From Verrucomicrobiia bacterium (lineage in GTDB: Bacteria; Verrucomicrobiota; Verrucomicrobiia; Limisphaerales; UBA8199): a stretch of DNA of 64,000 nucleotides. The stretch's first letter is position 1; every line of letters begins with the position of its first letter. The notes beneath the pieces were generated by a model. That model was given only the letters and a program-made list of their open reading frames with translations. It made no database searches and was not told the origin of the DNA. The DNA lies in assembly GCA_035294005.1 (NCBI GenBank), contig DATGLT010000445.1:400-64399 (forward strand), written 5' to 3'. This document shows positions 51,410-60,936 of this stretch, one piece after another. The position numbers and the translations under genes are program-made.

Positions 51410-52474
51410 CATCGCCCGATAAACTTCCACAGCTTGCTCTGCGCATCTTCTCCAAGAGAATTTGTCTGCTTGCACAAGTCCCATTTCAACTAATTCCCCG
51501 CGCAGGATAGCATCGGCGCTGATTCGCCGCATGGCCTCCAGGTATGCCCCGGGTGTCATTTCCGCGAAGAGCGCGGCGGCCCCGGCGACCTCCGGGAGAC
51601 TCGCCACCGCCGAGCAGATGACCGGACAACCCAGAGACATGGCCTCAGCCACGGGCAAACCGAACCCCTCGTATTTGCTAGGAAAGACCAGTCCCATTGC
51701 ATGGCGGTAAAGATAAACCAGAATCTCATCTGGCAACCGTCCCAGGTAGTGCCAGTTTTTGGGCGGCGGGCCCTCGCCTCGAATGCCTTCCCATCGCGCT
51801 CCCACAATCAGCAAAGGCGGAAGCACGATTTTTCTGCTTTCGGCCACCGCATAAACTTCCTTCAGCAGAGCCAGGTTTTTCCCGGGTTCCAGCGACCCAA
51901 CGAAAAGGAAGTATTCATTTGGCAAACTGAAATCAGGTCTCCTTTCAGGCGGGGCGGACTCGCCCTGATGAAAATCGCAGCCGTTATGAATCACCGTCAA
52001 GCTCGATGCCGGAAGGTTCAGCAACGCCATCGCTTCGGTGGCGGTAAAGCGGCTGATGCAGATCACCTGGTCGGCGCTCCGCAGCCTTTGCATTCGCCCA
52101 AGCGCAACCCTGAGATGCCAGGAGCGGAATCGTTCAGGATACCTTAAAACGGCGAGATCGTGTAGTGTAACGACCTCCTTAATGCCTCGTGGTGTGCTAA
52201 TCAGGGGTCCCGCTGTGGAATGAAGCAATGCTATATTGCACTTGCGAAGCCAAAGAGGAGCACTGAACTTCGCCCAAATCAATTCACGGTAAAACGTTTT
52301 GAAAGCACGCTGGGGTTGCCGGTATGAAAAGTTTTGTACTTCCCAAGCGACAACGCGCAGGTCGATGTCAGGTGTGCCCAAGCACTTCAGGCCTTTGAGC
52401 AGGCCGCGAATGTACCTGGCCAAGCCGGCCTGAGTGGTATAAAGGCCGTTCGTATCGATGCCGACCAGGGGCAT
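51395..52474 (-). CDS. Glycosyltransferase family 4 (WbdB/MtfB-like)
   Basis: VTLHDL, CISRFTA, FVGSLEPGKN, FPSKYEGFGLPVAEAMSLGCPV. Confidence 0.92.
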   Translation of the reverse strand: MPLVGIDTNGLYTTQAGLARYIRGLLKGLKCLGTPDIDLRVVAWEVQNFSYRQPQRAFKTFYRELIWAKFSAPLWLRKCNIALLHSTAGPLISTPRGIKEVVTLHDLAVLRYPERFRSWHLRVALGRMQRLRSADQVICISRFTATEAMALLNLPASSLTVIHNGCDFHQGESAPPERRPDFSLPNEYFLFVGSLEPGKNLALLKEVYAVAESRKIVLPPLLIVGARWEGIRGEGPPPKNWHYLGRLPDEILVYLYRHAMGLVFPSKYEGFGLPVAEAMSLGCPVICSAVASLPEVAGAAALFAEMTPGAYLEAMRRISADAILRGELVEMGLVQADKFSWRRCAEQAVEVYRAMLRSS

Positions 52475-52476
52475 CC

Positions 52477-53241
52477 TCAAGGTTTCCTGAAGATATAGAA
52501 GAAGCCCTCAGTCGTCGGGCCGGCGCATGGGTCAGGTTCAACGTGAATTAGTCTCAAACCGGCCTGGGAAGCAGTCGATTCAACCGTAGACCTGGGGGTG
52601 AAATAGACGTCAAAGGCGGCGGAACTTCCGTGCCGCCAACGCCGGTAGACCTTGCCCATTCCAAGCGGAAGCGACTCAACCAAAGACTGCCTGAACTCGG
52701 CCATCCGATCAGTCTGAAGTTTCCGAGTCGGCAGTTGAAAGCTAACCACCCCGGCCGGCGCGCAGATTCGAGCAAAATCCGTAATATACTTGGCCGCCAT
52801 CGACCAGGGCATGTGTTGCAAGCACACCAAAGAGAAAACCAAATCAAATTCCCCTTCCTTGAAAATCCTGAGATCCTCGCTCGGGTTCAGAACGAATTTG
52901 ACATGATCTTTTCCCGCCAAATTACTGTTCGCTATTTTCAGCATTGCCGAGGAAATATCGACACCAGTGACGCTTTTCGCTCTTTTGGCCCAAGCGAACG
53001 TCAGCCGTCCCACGCCACACCCGAAGTCCAGAACATGCGAGAACAAGCCCGTAGTGGGAATGTGTTTTGCAATGAGCTCATAATATTGCGATACTGTTTG
53101 TTCGCCGGTCTCCATGAATTCCTTCATGTTCCAGCGCCCGCCCCGCTTGTCCGGGTGCGAGTAGATGGCCCACAATGGATCCTCTTTCCCCAGCACCTCC
53201 CAGGTTTCGGACAGATGTCTTAAATCTGATTTCATCACCAA
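52477..53241 (-). CDS. Class I SAM-dependent methyltransferase
   Basis: WEVLGKEDPLWAI, VLDFGCGVGRL, GVDISSAM, LVCLQHMP. Confidence 0.88.
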   Translation of the reverse strand: MVMKSDLRHLSETWEVLGKEDPLWAIYSHPDKRGGRWNMKEFMETGEQTVSQYYELIAKHIPTTGLFSHVLDFGCGVGRLTFAWAKRAKSVTGVDISSAMLKIANSNLAGKDHVKFVLNPSEDLRIFKEGEFDLVFSLVCLQHMPWSMAAKYITDFARICAPAGVVSFQLPTRKLQTDRMAEFRQSLVESLPLGMGKVYRRWRHGSSAAFDVYFTPRSTVESTASQAGLRLIHVEPDPCAGPTTEGFFYIFRKP

Positions 53242-53370
53242 TACTGAGACTTAAATGAGAGAGCATTGTCAACCTGATCCTTGCGTTGCTGCAGTCCCGC
53301 CATTGGCAAAACCTCAACTGAGAGTCCCTGTGAGCCTGTCACGATCCGTGCTGAACTTGCAATGGCGCCG

Positions 53371-54894
53371 TCATGCGGGTTGCAAGCGCAAATCTTCTGC
53401 CGAAGAAGTTGCGACGGGGGCTGGTGCATGCATCCGTTGGCGCACTCCGCCGTTCACCGAAAGACTCAGCCCGACGGTGCCGGTGAAAAGCATCAGGTCA
53501 ATGTAGAACTCCCCGTAAAACAGGCAGTAAAAGACTAGACGACCAGCGAAATATGCTAACAAAAAGGTGTTTAGGGATCGAAACTCGGGGGGGCTATACC
53601 GATAGTTGATGTAAAGAACCCGCAGCGATGCCACGCAAAAGGCGACGAAAGCCAGGAAACCCCAGATTCCAAAAGGGACGATCAGCGTGAGGATTCCCTG
53701 GTGATAGTCGCCGCTGATAATCGCCGCGTCGTAAGCGGTGGACATGCCTCGCTGAGCGCCGAGCGCTGTTAAATACGCATCCGTGCCGTCGAAGTTAAAC
53801 CCTTTGCCAAGCAGCAAGTAGCGCGGCACCAAGCCGAGCGCGGTACGCCACATTTCCCAACGCCAGTCCCAAGTGCCTTCCGCATCGCGCCTGACCGCCG
53901 GATCAACCTGCACCGGGAGAAAGCTGATGCTGCGTTGTACGACCAACGGAAGACGATCAGAAAATGCAAAAAGCAATGTCAGCCCGACAACTCCGGCCAG
54001 CGAGAACCACAAAAAAATTCGGCTCCGAAACAAACCCTCGAAATAAAACTGGAACAGCGCTACGGTTACCAAAGTAATCAAGAAGGATCGGAACCCTCCC
54101 AGTAGACCGAGTCCGAGTACTACAAGGAAAATTCCGAATCTCCAGGGCTTGCCAAAATCAAGAATACCTCGAATACCGAACCGTAACATCATGTACCAAC
54201 AGACGGCTTGCGACATGAACATCACACCCACATATCGCTGGAGATCCTGCCCGAAAATAGTGGTATCGGCGGCGATGGAGGTTTGGGCAAAAAGGACAAG
54301 GAGGGATTCCATTCCCGATCCGGCAAGCGCGATCAGGACCGGAAGGACTGAGGTTGCGGCCGAAAGAAAAAACAGACTGGTCAGCAGTTTGGCACGATGG
54401 GCGGCGACGGGCTGGCTGATGAAAGCGAAGTAGCCGGCGATAGCCCCAAATACCTGGAAATAGCGCATTGCCCCCCAAGCATCTGAGCCGAGCGCCCTCG
54501 CATGAATGCCGCCGGTCTGCTGCGCCGTGAAAACCACGATCCCGACGAGCAGGAGCAATGGAATGCTCACCGATGGGCAATGGATGGCGTTTGCTTCGTT
54601 CAACAGTGCTCTCTTCGCAGCTGCCATGAGCAGACTCAATGCTCCAACCAGGTACCCAACAGCCGGCGCGCCGGGTAGGAAAAAAGCCACCAAAGCAAGG
54701 TTCCAACTAACGATCAGCGCCTCGTGGTGCCATTTGAGCATGATAGGAACGAGCAGCAAAAAAAGAATCAATGAGATTAAAACCATGCTGGTTGACTCCA
54801 ACGGGGTGGCGAGCAAGTAACCGAGGAAGATGGCCAGCGGCACACAAATACCGAACAACATCAATCCGCTAAATAGCGAGGAACCTTTAAACAT
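53371..54894 (-). CDS. O-antigen ligase/Wzy polymerase-like membrane protein
   Basis: About 12 hydrophobic segments; large loop with WRWEMWR..LLGKG and GDYHQG.L.L..PFGIWG (Wzy_C-type His motif). Confidence 0.8.
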   Translation of the reverse strand: MFKGSSLFSGLMLFGICVPLAIFLGYLLATPLESTSMVLISLILFLLLVPIMLKWHHEALIVSWNLALVAFFLPGAPAVGYLVGALSLLMAAAKRALLNEANAIHCPSVSIPLLLLVGIVVFTAQQTGGIHARALGSDAWGAMRYFQVFGAIAGYFAFISQPVAAHRAKLLTSLFFLSAATSVLPVLIALAGSGMESLLVLFAQTSIAADTTIFGQDLQRYVGVMFMSQAVCWYMMLRFGIRGILDFGKPWRFGIFLVVLGLGLLGGFRSFLITLVTVALFQFYFEGLFRSRIFLWFSLAGVVGLTLLFAFSDRLPLVVQRSISFLPVQVDPAVRRDAEGTWDWRWEMWRTALGLVPRYLLLGKGFNFDGTDAYLTALGAQRGMSTAYDAAIISGDYHQGILTLIVPFGIWGFLAFVAFCVASLRVLYINYRYSPPEFRSLNTFLLAYFAGRLVFYCLFYGEFYIDLMLFTGTVGLSLSVNGGVRQRMHAPAPVATSSAEDLRLQPA

Positions 54895-55996
54895 GTGCCA
54901 GAAGATTAGAATAAAGAAGCTGGTATTGCGCAACCATTTTCGAAGCGCAGAATTCGCATAACACCCGTTGATGCGCCATGTTCCCAACTCCTTGCAGCTC
55001 TTTGGGGCTAGCGATCAATCCCTGGAGAATTTTGGCGGCATCCTCGAACCTCCCTGGTTCAAACAGCCAGCCCGTTTTGTTCTCAAGAATAATCTCGGCT
55101 ACTCCGCCCACTCTGGACGCCAATACTGGAACTCCCGACTGCCCAGCTTCAAGTAAAACCGTAGGGAAAGGGTCAAATTCACTGGAGGGGAGCAATAACA
55201 GGTCCACTGAACGCAGGAAGTTCTGCGGGGACTCCACCCAGCCAAGCCATCGAACTCGCGACCACCAGGGTCTCGTCCCGTAACCTCTTTGGATGTCGTC
55301 TGCTAACATTTTGCCGGCCTTATCGGAGGCTCCGCCTGCGATGAGCAGTTCCCATGGTGCCGTATCAGTGGGCAATGCGTCGGCAATCTGGAAAAGCGTT
55401 CGCAACCCTTTGCGCTCAGAAAACATTCCCAGGAAGCCGATACGAAAAGGACCAGGAGCCCGGAGCTTGATCCCGAGATTAACGGACGGCAGCCCGTTCC
55501 GCACTACCTGGAGTTTGGACGCAGGGTAACCGGCATCAGCGCACGCATCCCGAACCGCTCCGGAAACACACACAATTCTCTTCAAGCCGAACCGAGCGCA
55601 CCAGCGCATTAACCGGCGGCGTTTGCGGCGAATGAAGGATGCCTCAGGATGGTCATGCAGTGTTCCGATTGCCGGACGCCGCGACAACCAACCAATAAAA
55701 GCCGACAATTCCCAATCCCGAGCGGCCCACCCATGCACAAGGTCAAAGTCGAATTCGGCACGAAGGGCCTTAAGGCTCTTCGCTTGACGCCAGATTGTAA
55801 AAGGAGAGAACGCAGGACAGGGCTCAAGCCAGACAGGAATGGTTTGAGCAGGCAGCAACCCTGCAACCCGGCTTTTTCGCACGGCGGCAACTGCCACCTT
55901 GCAGTCCGTGCGCGCCAATTCCGTGAGAAAATAGCCCAGCATGGTTTCCGCGCCAGCAAAGTATTCACTCTCCGGATGGATGATTAGAACACGCAT
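54887..55996 (-). CDS. Glycosyltransferase family 4
   Basis: MRVLII..AGAE, VVRNG, FLGMFSERKG, LLPS.EFDPFPTVLLEAG..G.PVLAS.VGG..E. Confidence 0.9.
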   Translation of the reverse strand: MRVLIIHPESEYFAGAETMLGYFLTELARTDCKVAVAAVRKSRVAGLLPAQTIPVWLEPCPAFSPFTIWRQAKSLKALRAEFDFDLVHGWAARDWELSAFIGWLSRRPAIGTLHDHPEASFIRRKRRRLMRWCARFGLKRIVCVSGAVRDACADAGYPASKLQVVRNGLPSVNLGIKLRAPGPFRIGFLGMFSERKGLRTLFQIADALPTDTAPWELLIAGGASDKAGKMLADDIQRGYGTRPWWSRVRWLGWVESPQNFLRSVDLLLLPSSEFDPFPTVLLEAGQSGVPVLASRVGGVAEIILENKTGWLFEPGRFEDAAKILQGLIASPKELQGVGNMAHQRVLCEFCASKMVAQYQLLYSNLLAHV

Positions 55997-56304
55997 TTGC
56001 AACCCGATTAATTCCGGGGTCCATACCGTAGAGGTGCGGCCAAAGCCAGCCAATTCACGCCTGCAGAGCGGAGCAATCTCAAAACCGGAATACAAGCCAT
56101 GCCCCTTGGAGAGCTGAAATTGAAAGGCCGAAAGCCGAAAGAAACCGAAAACAGAAGCCGGCATTTGTTTGTTCACGATCCACGCGGGCGGGGTGGCGGT
56201 CAACCGCGGTGCGCCGTTGAGCTTTACGAGAACCCGAAAGGTGACTATGTTTCAGCAGTCAGAAGGCGTTTGTGAACAGATTTTGACAAAAGTCTTGGCT
56301 GGTA

Positions 56305-57714
56305 TTGACGGCGGCTTTGGCATTGAGCGTTGGTGGTCTTGGACGGGCTCAGGCTTTCAGAACACTCTGTAACTTCAATAACCCCGACAGTGTTAACCCA
56401 TACGGAGGCTTAATTATATCGAGCAACGTTCTCTACGGCGTGACGACCGGCACCGGGCCGGGGGATTTACCAAATCTCTGGACGCTTGGAACGGTTTTCA
56501 AAGTCAACGCGGACGGGGCAGGTTTCACAATCTTACATCGTTTTATTGGTTACTATAACGATGGCGTGAATCCGAGAGGTCGGCTGCTTTTATGCGGCAA
56601 CACCCTTTACGGCACCACCCTTTCCTCAGTTTTTGCTGTAAACACTGACGGCACAGGTTTTAGAGCGCTTCACTTTTTTGATCAATGGTTCGACTATACC
56701 AATGGATGGAATGCGTATTCTGGCCTGGTTTTGGTTGGTAACACTTTGTACGGCACAACATCGGAGGGTGGCCGCGGGGGGGGCATCGTTTACGCTATCA
56801 ACACAAATGGCTCGGGGTTTACCAGAATCCACGATTTCATTCTCACTGATGGAGCAACGAACCCACAAGGAGGACTCGTCGCTTTGGGCGACAAACTGTA
56901 TGGAACAACCATAGGCCCCTACAATGGGGCGATTTTTTCACTAAAAACAGATGGCTCGGAGTTTACTGTTCTTCACACTCTTTCATCTACCAATAACAAC
57001 AGTACGAACGCCGACGGGGCTAATCCGAAGGCCGATTTGTTTCTGTCGGGGAACGTTCTTTACGGCACTACGGTCTTCGGGGGCCTTAGGGGTGCTGGAA
57101 CCGTATTCGCCATCAACACTGACGGCACAGGTTTTACGACTCTGCACAACTTCGACCCGCACTCGGACTCAGCCTTTCCGGGAATTGGATTGGACATAAC
57201 CGGGAACACGATCTATGTATCCCGGAACACGCTCTATGGCACGGCTTCCGGCGGTGGGAGGTCGGGAAACGGCACGATTTTCACCCTTAACGCCGACGGT
57301 ACGGGCTTTACGACAGTTTATGAATTCTCATCAACATTTCCCCCAGATGCGCCTCCAGATTTCACGGCAGGCAAAAACGTAGACGGCGCTTATCCGGTGA
57401 ACTGCCTTCTGTTAACGAGTAACACACTGTACGGCACAACAGTCTACGGCGGCACATGGGGTTTTGGCACGGCGTTCAGCCTTTCGTTCTTGCCGCAATT
57501 GAGCGGCTGCTGCTCTGCTTCGAACATGGTTTTATCGTGGCCTACCAATTACTTCGGATTCGATACCTCCGGCTTCATCTTGCGATCCACCACCAACCTG
57601 GCCTCGCCAGTTTGGCGCACAAATTTTCCCACACCTCTTCTTGTCAACGGTCGATATACAGTCACGAATCCAATCACAGCGGCACAGCAGTTCTTCAGTT
57701 TAACCGGTCAATGA
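56305..57714 (+). CDS. Gloeo/Verruco (GloVer, TIGR03803-like) tandem repeat protein with Verrucomicrobia-type C-terminal domain; in-frame TGA in the likely signal peptide
   Basis: Repeats L..GNTLYGTT..GG..G.GTVF..NTDGTGFT.LH.F; the 21-nt aacactgacggcacaggtttt occurs at 56641 and 57115; C-terminus LSWPT...GFILRSTTNL.SPVW...FFSL. Confidence 0.8.
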   Translation: MTAALALSVGGLGRAQAFRTLCNFNNPDSVNPYGGLIISSNVLYGVTTGTGPGDLPNLWTLGTVFKVNADGAGFTILHRFIGYYNDGVNPRGRLLLCGNTLYGTTLSSVFAVNTDGTGFRALHFFDQWFDYTNGWNAYSGLVLVGNTLYGTTSEGGRGGGIVYAINTNGSGFTRIHDFILTDGATNPQGGLVALGDKLYGTTIGPYNGAIFSLKTDGSEFTVLHTLSSTNNNSTNADGANPKADLFLSGNVLYGTTVFGGLRGAGTVFAINTDGTGFTTLHNFDPHSDSAFPGIGLDITGNTIYVSRNTLYGTASGGGRSGNGTIFTLNADGTGFTTVYEFSSTFPPDAPPDFTAGKNVDGAYPVNCLLLTSNTLYGTTVYGGTWGFGTAFSLSFLPQLSGCCSASNMVLSWPTNYFGFDTSGFILRSTTNLASPVWRTNFPTPLLVNGRYTVTNPITAAQQFFSLTGQ

Positions 57715-57944
57715 CCGGATGGGGCCGCGAAGACCTTCCTTTTTGTTATAGTCGAATCAACCCAGAAAAAAATCGCAATTCCGAGAGATTCCGCGCGGCT
57801 TTTTTACAGTCCAGGCGGACTAGTGTGCTGCTGGTCTAGCGCACGACGATATTTCATATTTGGAATTTCCGGGATTCGCGCACGCTCCCGCGCCGGCCGT
57901 TCGGCTTTACTTTACCTCCTGAATCCCTACCGTTCGTATACTCG

Positions 57945-59102
57945 ATGAATTTGCTTTCCAAAATCAGGCGCTGGCTTGCTCGCCTGACCCTGCATGGACC
58001 GCTCATGGACTTATGGCTGAGAAGGCGGGGCCGGCAGGTTGATTTGGTTTTCCGCGCGAACTTGCGTAAGGAATTGAACACCAACCCTGAGACCACGCCC
58101 GTGCCAAGTTTAGGAGGGGCCAAAATCGGGCAAATCCTGCTCATCGCAGATTGCCTGTGGGAGCAAAACGACCTCGTGCCGGAACTGGCGCGCATTGCTG
58201 AAACTCGTCTGCTGAATTTGCGCACCAGTTTGAAAAACCTCGAGGAAAGTCCGGAAGCACGCTCGGCGGTGGTCGAGGCGGTCCGGCGGTTCGCCACCTC
58301 GAACACGGCCGTGGTGCCGGATGTCATTTTGTTTTACCTGCGACCCGGGTTGCTTTCAGATGAGGTTTTTGATGTGTTGCGCCAATACTGGAAGTGCCCT
58401 CTATTTGGAATGAATTTGGACGACAAAATGGAGTTTTTCCCAAACGGGATCTTTGCGTCGGGCAATCATGATTACCAGAATTGGGCCAGGAAGTTCGACT
58501 TGAACATCTCGAACTGCCTGCCGGCTACCGATTGGTATCGGGCACGAGGCTTGCCGTGCTTGTATTCGCCACAAGGCGTGCACCTGACACCGGAGTTGAC
58601 GTTGCCCACTTCCTGTAACTTCAAATACAAGTTAAGCTTTCTGGGGCAGGTCAAAGTGGAACGGAAATTCATTGTGAATGAGCTTCAGAGTGCCGGTATA
58701 GACGTACGGCTGTTCGGCAAGGGTTGGCCGGGAAGCCAATGGGTCGAGAATCCCAACTCGGTTTTTCGAAGCAGCCAAATTAACCTAGGTATTGGATTTG
58801 CCTCGCCATCTTTCACTCTGACGACAGTAAAAGGCCGTGACTTCGAATGCCCTGGTGTGGGCGCGTGCTATCTGACTACTTACAGCTGGGAACTGGCGTT
58901 GCACTATGAGCTTGGCAAGGAGATTTTGTGCTATCGCTCAATCGAGGAGTTGATAGAGATGTATTCCTGGTTTTCAAGAAGGCCGGAGGAATGCCTGAAG
59001 ATCGCCCAGGCCGCCTGGCGCCGGTGCGCAGCCGAGCATACCTGGGAAAAGCGGTTCAGGAAGATCTTCGAGCAAACCGGGTTCCGCGTCGAAGGCAACT
59101 AA
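57945..59102 (+). CDS. CgeB-like glycosyltransferase (Glyco_trans_1_2)
   Basis: KLSFLG, LFGKGW, SQINLGI, KGRDFECPGVGACYLT, YELGKEILCY. Confidence 0.8.
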   Translation: MNLLSKIRRWLARLTLHGPLMDLWLRRRGRQVDLVFRANLRKELNTNPETTPVPSLGGAKIGQILLIADCLWEQNDLVPELARIAETRLLNLRTSLKNLEESPEARSAVVEAVRRFATSNTAVVPDVILFYLRPGLLSDEVFDVLRQYWKCPLFGMNLDDKMEFFPNGIFASGNHDYQNWARKFDLNISNCLPATDWYRARGLPCLYSPQGVHLTPELTLPTSCNFKYKLSFLGQVKVERKFIVNELQSAGIDVRLFGKGWPGSQWVENPNSVFRSSQINLGIGFASPSFTLTTVKGRDFECPGVGACYLTTYSWELALHYELGKEILCYRSIEELIEMYSWFSRRPEECLKIAQAAWRRCAAEHTWEKRFRKIFEQTGFRVEGN

Positions 59103-59130
59103 AAGGCGCGTGGGTTGTGGCGAGGCTCTA

Positions 59131-60039
59131 TCAACCAGGGATCCGACCCATATTGTTAAGGTCCTGTCCGTCCGGTGCGAAAATCAGGTTGCCGTAGGCA
59201 TACTGTTCTTTTGCTTCATGTGGCCGAAACCCGGATGAAGTTGAGTCCCACGCTTTGTATTTAGCTGCTTCAAGCCAACGAACCAAATCCCGGCTACCCC
59301 TCTCTTGGCCGAAGTCTCCGACTTCAACGGACAGCAGCGGACGGTCGTTCTTAATTAGTTCTTCTGCGCCGATTAGAATCTCTTTTTCGGCGGATTCGGC
59401 GTCGATCTTTACCAGAGAAATTGGGCGATTCAGAGAACGGCGTAGCTGATCCAAGGTGGTTGTTTCCACCTGGAACGGCGTGCCCTTAATTGCGGCATCC
59501 AGACGGGCTTGGGTGAAGCTGTTGAAAGCCATCCACTGCACTCCGTAGTCCTGAAAGGTCATGGTGCGCTGGGAAGACCAAACCGCGAGAGGATGGACGA
59601 TCACTTGTGAAAACCGCCCCACGTTACGCATCGCAAGGGCTCGGGTGGAGGGGGTCGGCTCGAAAGAATGAACTTGACCGCCGTTGCCAACCAGTTGCGC
59701 GAGCAAAACAGTAAAATACCCGAGATGCATCCCGATATCCACCACCACCTGATCCGGCTGAACCAAACGCAAAAACGCCCGGGTCAAATCTTCCTCAAAA
59801 ACACCGTAAGAGGCAATTTCGGTGCTCACGCCTTCGCCAACAACAATCGCGAAATCAGACGAATGAAATGCCTCGACATTGCGCACTGCGCCCGTGGCTG
59901 AGCGCGGGATTCCGAATCTGCGCAGCTGGTTGGCAAAGAACCGTCGAGGTTCGATGAAGGGCTTGCGCCACGAGGCAGCATGCTTGTAGCGCATTTGCAG
60001 ATGAAACCGGTTGCAAAGGTCCGCCTTTTTCACGCTCAT
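59131..60039 (-). CDS. FkbM family methyltransferase
   Basis: VVDIGMHLGYF, HSFEP, TTLD, VKIDAE.AE..IL.G. Confidence 0.9.
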   Translation of the reverse strand: MSVKKADLCNRFHLQMRYKHAASWRKPFIEPRRFFANQLRRFGIPRSATGAVRNVEAFHSSDFAIVVGEGVSTEIASYGVFEEDLTRAFLRLVQPDQVVVDIGMHLGYFTVLLAQLVGNGGQVHSFEPTPSTRALAMRNVGRFSQVIVHPLAVWSSQRTMTFQDYGVQWMAFNSFTQARLDAAIKGTPFQVETTTLDQLRRSLNRPISLVKIDAESAEKEILIGAEELIKNDRPLLSVEVGDFGQERGSRDLVRWLEAAKYKAWDSTSSGFRPHEAKEQYAYGNLIFAPDGQDLNNMGRIPG

Positions 60040-60863
60040 GGAATCCTTTTGAACCAGAGATCGACCTGCCACAGTTCGTCTGCAGGCCACGAACGGCATG
60101 CGTCGCTAATATCTGTTAGCCGAAATTTCAATTGGGTCAGCGCGAAAAGAACCTCAGGGAGCAAAGGTTGGCCCTGATATATCGGGCTGAGTGAGGTTTC
60201 AACCACAATCCGTTGAACATTGCAAAATGCAGAGTTTCCACCCGCAATAACTTTTGTTTCGAAACCTTGCACATCAATCTTAACCAGGTCGGGCAAAGGC
60301 AACCTCTCCCTTTTAACGAGTTCATCCAACGGGAAAACACTCACTTGCTCTTGTCCTGTTTCGGTGGTCACGGGATCAAGTGCCGCAGTGTGCAACGGGG
60401 CAAGCAGCGAGCTCGCGGCTCGATCGCGGGTCAGGCGAAGCGTTTCTTTCTGTTCGGCTTCCCCTACAGCATAAGGAAGGAAAGTCCATTCGGAGCCACG
60501 CGGTTGCCGTTTGCGGGCTTTTTCCAAGTACTGGTTCTGTGGCTCAAACAGGCAACAGGTCATCGGTTGATAAATGGTGTGGCACATTTCAGACCAGCAG
60601 CCGGCGTGCGCACCGATGTCATAGATGACCTTTGGACGAAACCCCTCATCCCGCCAGTGCAACAAACGCCGATAATGGTCGCCATCCCAGCTATGGCGCC
60701 AAGCCTCCACCAAGCGTGGTTCCTGCGCGAGAGCAGAAGCTTTAGAACACAACTGGAACGCTTGAGCACGCAAAAAACGCACGAAACGTTCTGTGATTCT
60801 GCGGTTTGCAAGATCGTTGTTTCGCTGCCAGAAGCCGGTTTGCTTACCTGCTGGGTTCGACAC
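60036..60863 (-). CDS. FkbM family methyltransferase
   Basis: IYDIGAHAG, LFEP, AVGE, PLD, VKIDVQGFE..V..G. Confidence 0.9.
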   Translation of the reverse strand: MSNPAGKQTGFWQRNNDLANRRITERFVRFLRAQAFQLCSKASALAQEPRLVEAWRHSWDGDHYRRLLHWRDEGFRPKVIYDIGAHAGCWSEMCHTIYQPMTCCLFEPQNQYLEKARKRQPRGSEWTFLPYAVGEAEQKETLRLTRDRAASSLLAPLHTAALDPVTTETGQEQVSVFPLDELVKRERLPLPDLVKIDVQGFETKVIAGGNSAFCNVQRIVVETSLSPIYQGQPLLPEVLFALTQLKFRLTDISDACRSWPADELWQVDLWFKRIP

Positions 60864-60936
60864 TGCACCGCGGAATCAACAGGATCATGCGAATGAAGGC
60901 AAGATCATATCGGGGCCTCGCCGGCGCCTTTACGCC

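Noticed and set aside
56400-57480. Repeated DNA segments that could suggest a CRISPR array or tandem repeat
   Set aside because: They are in-frame coding repeats of the GloVer protein, not regularly spaced repeats with unique spacers.
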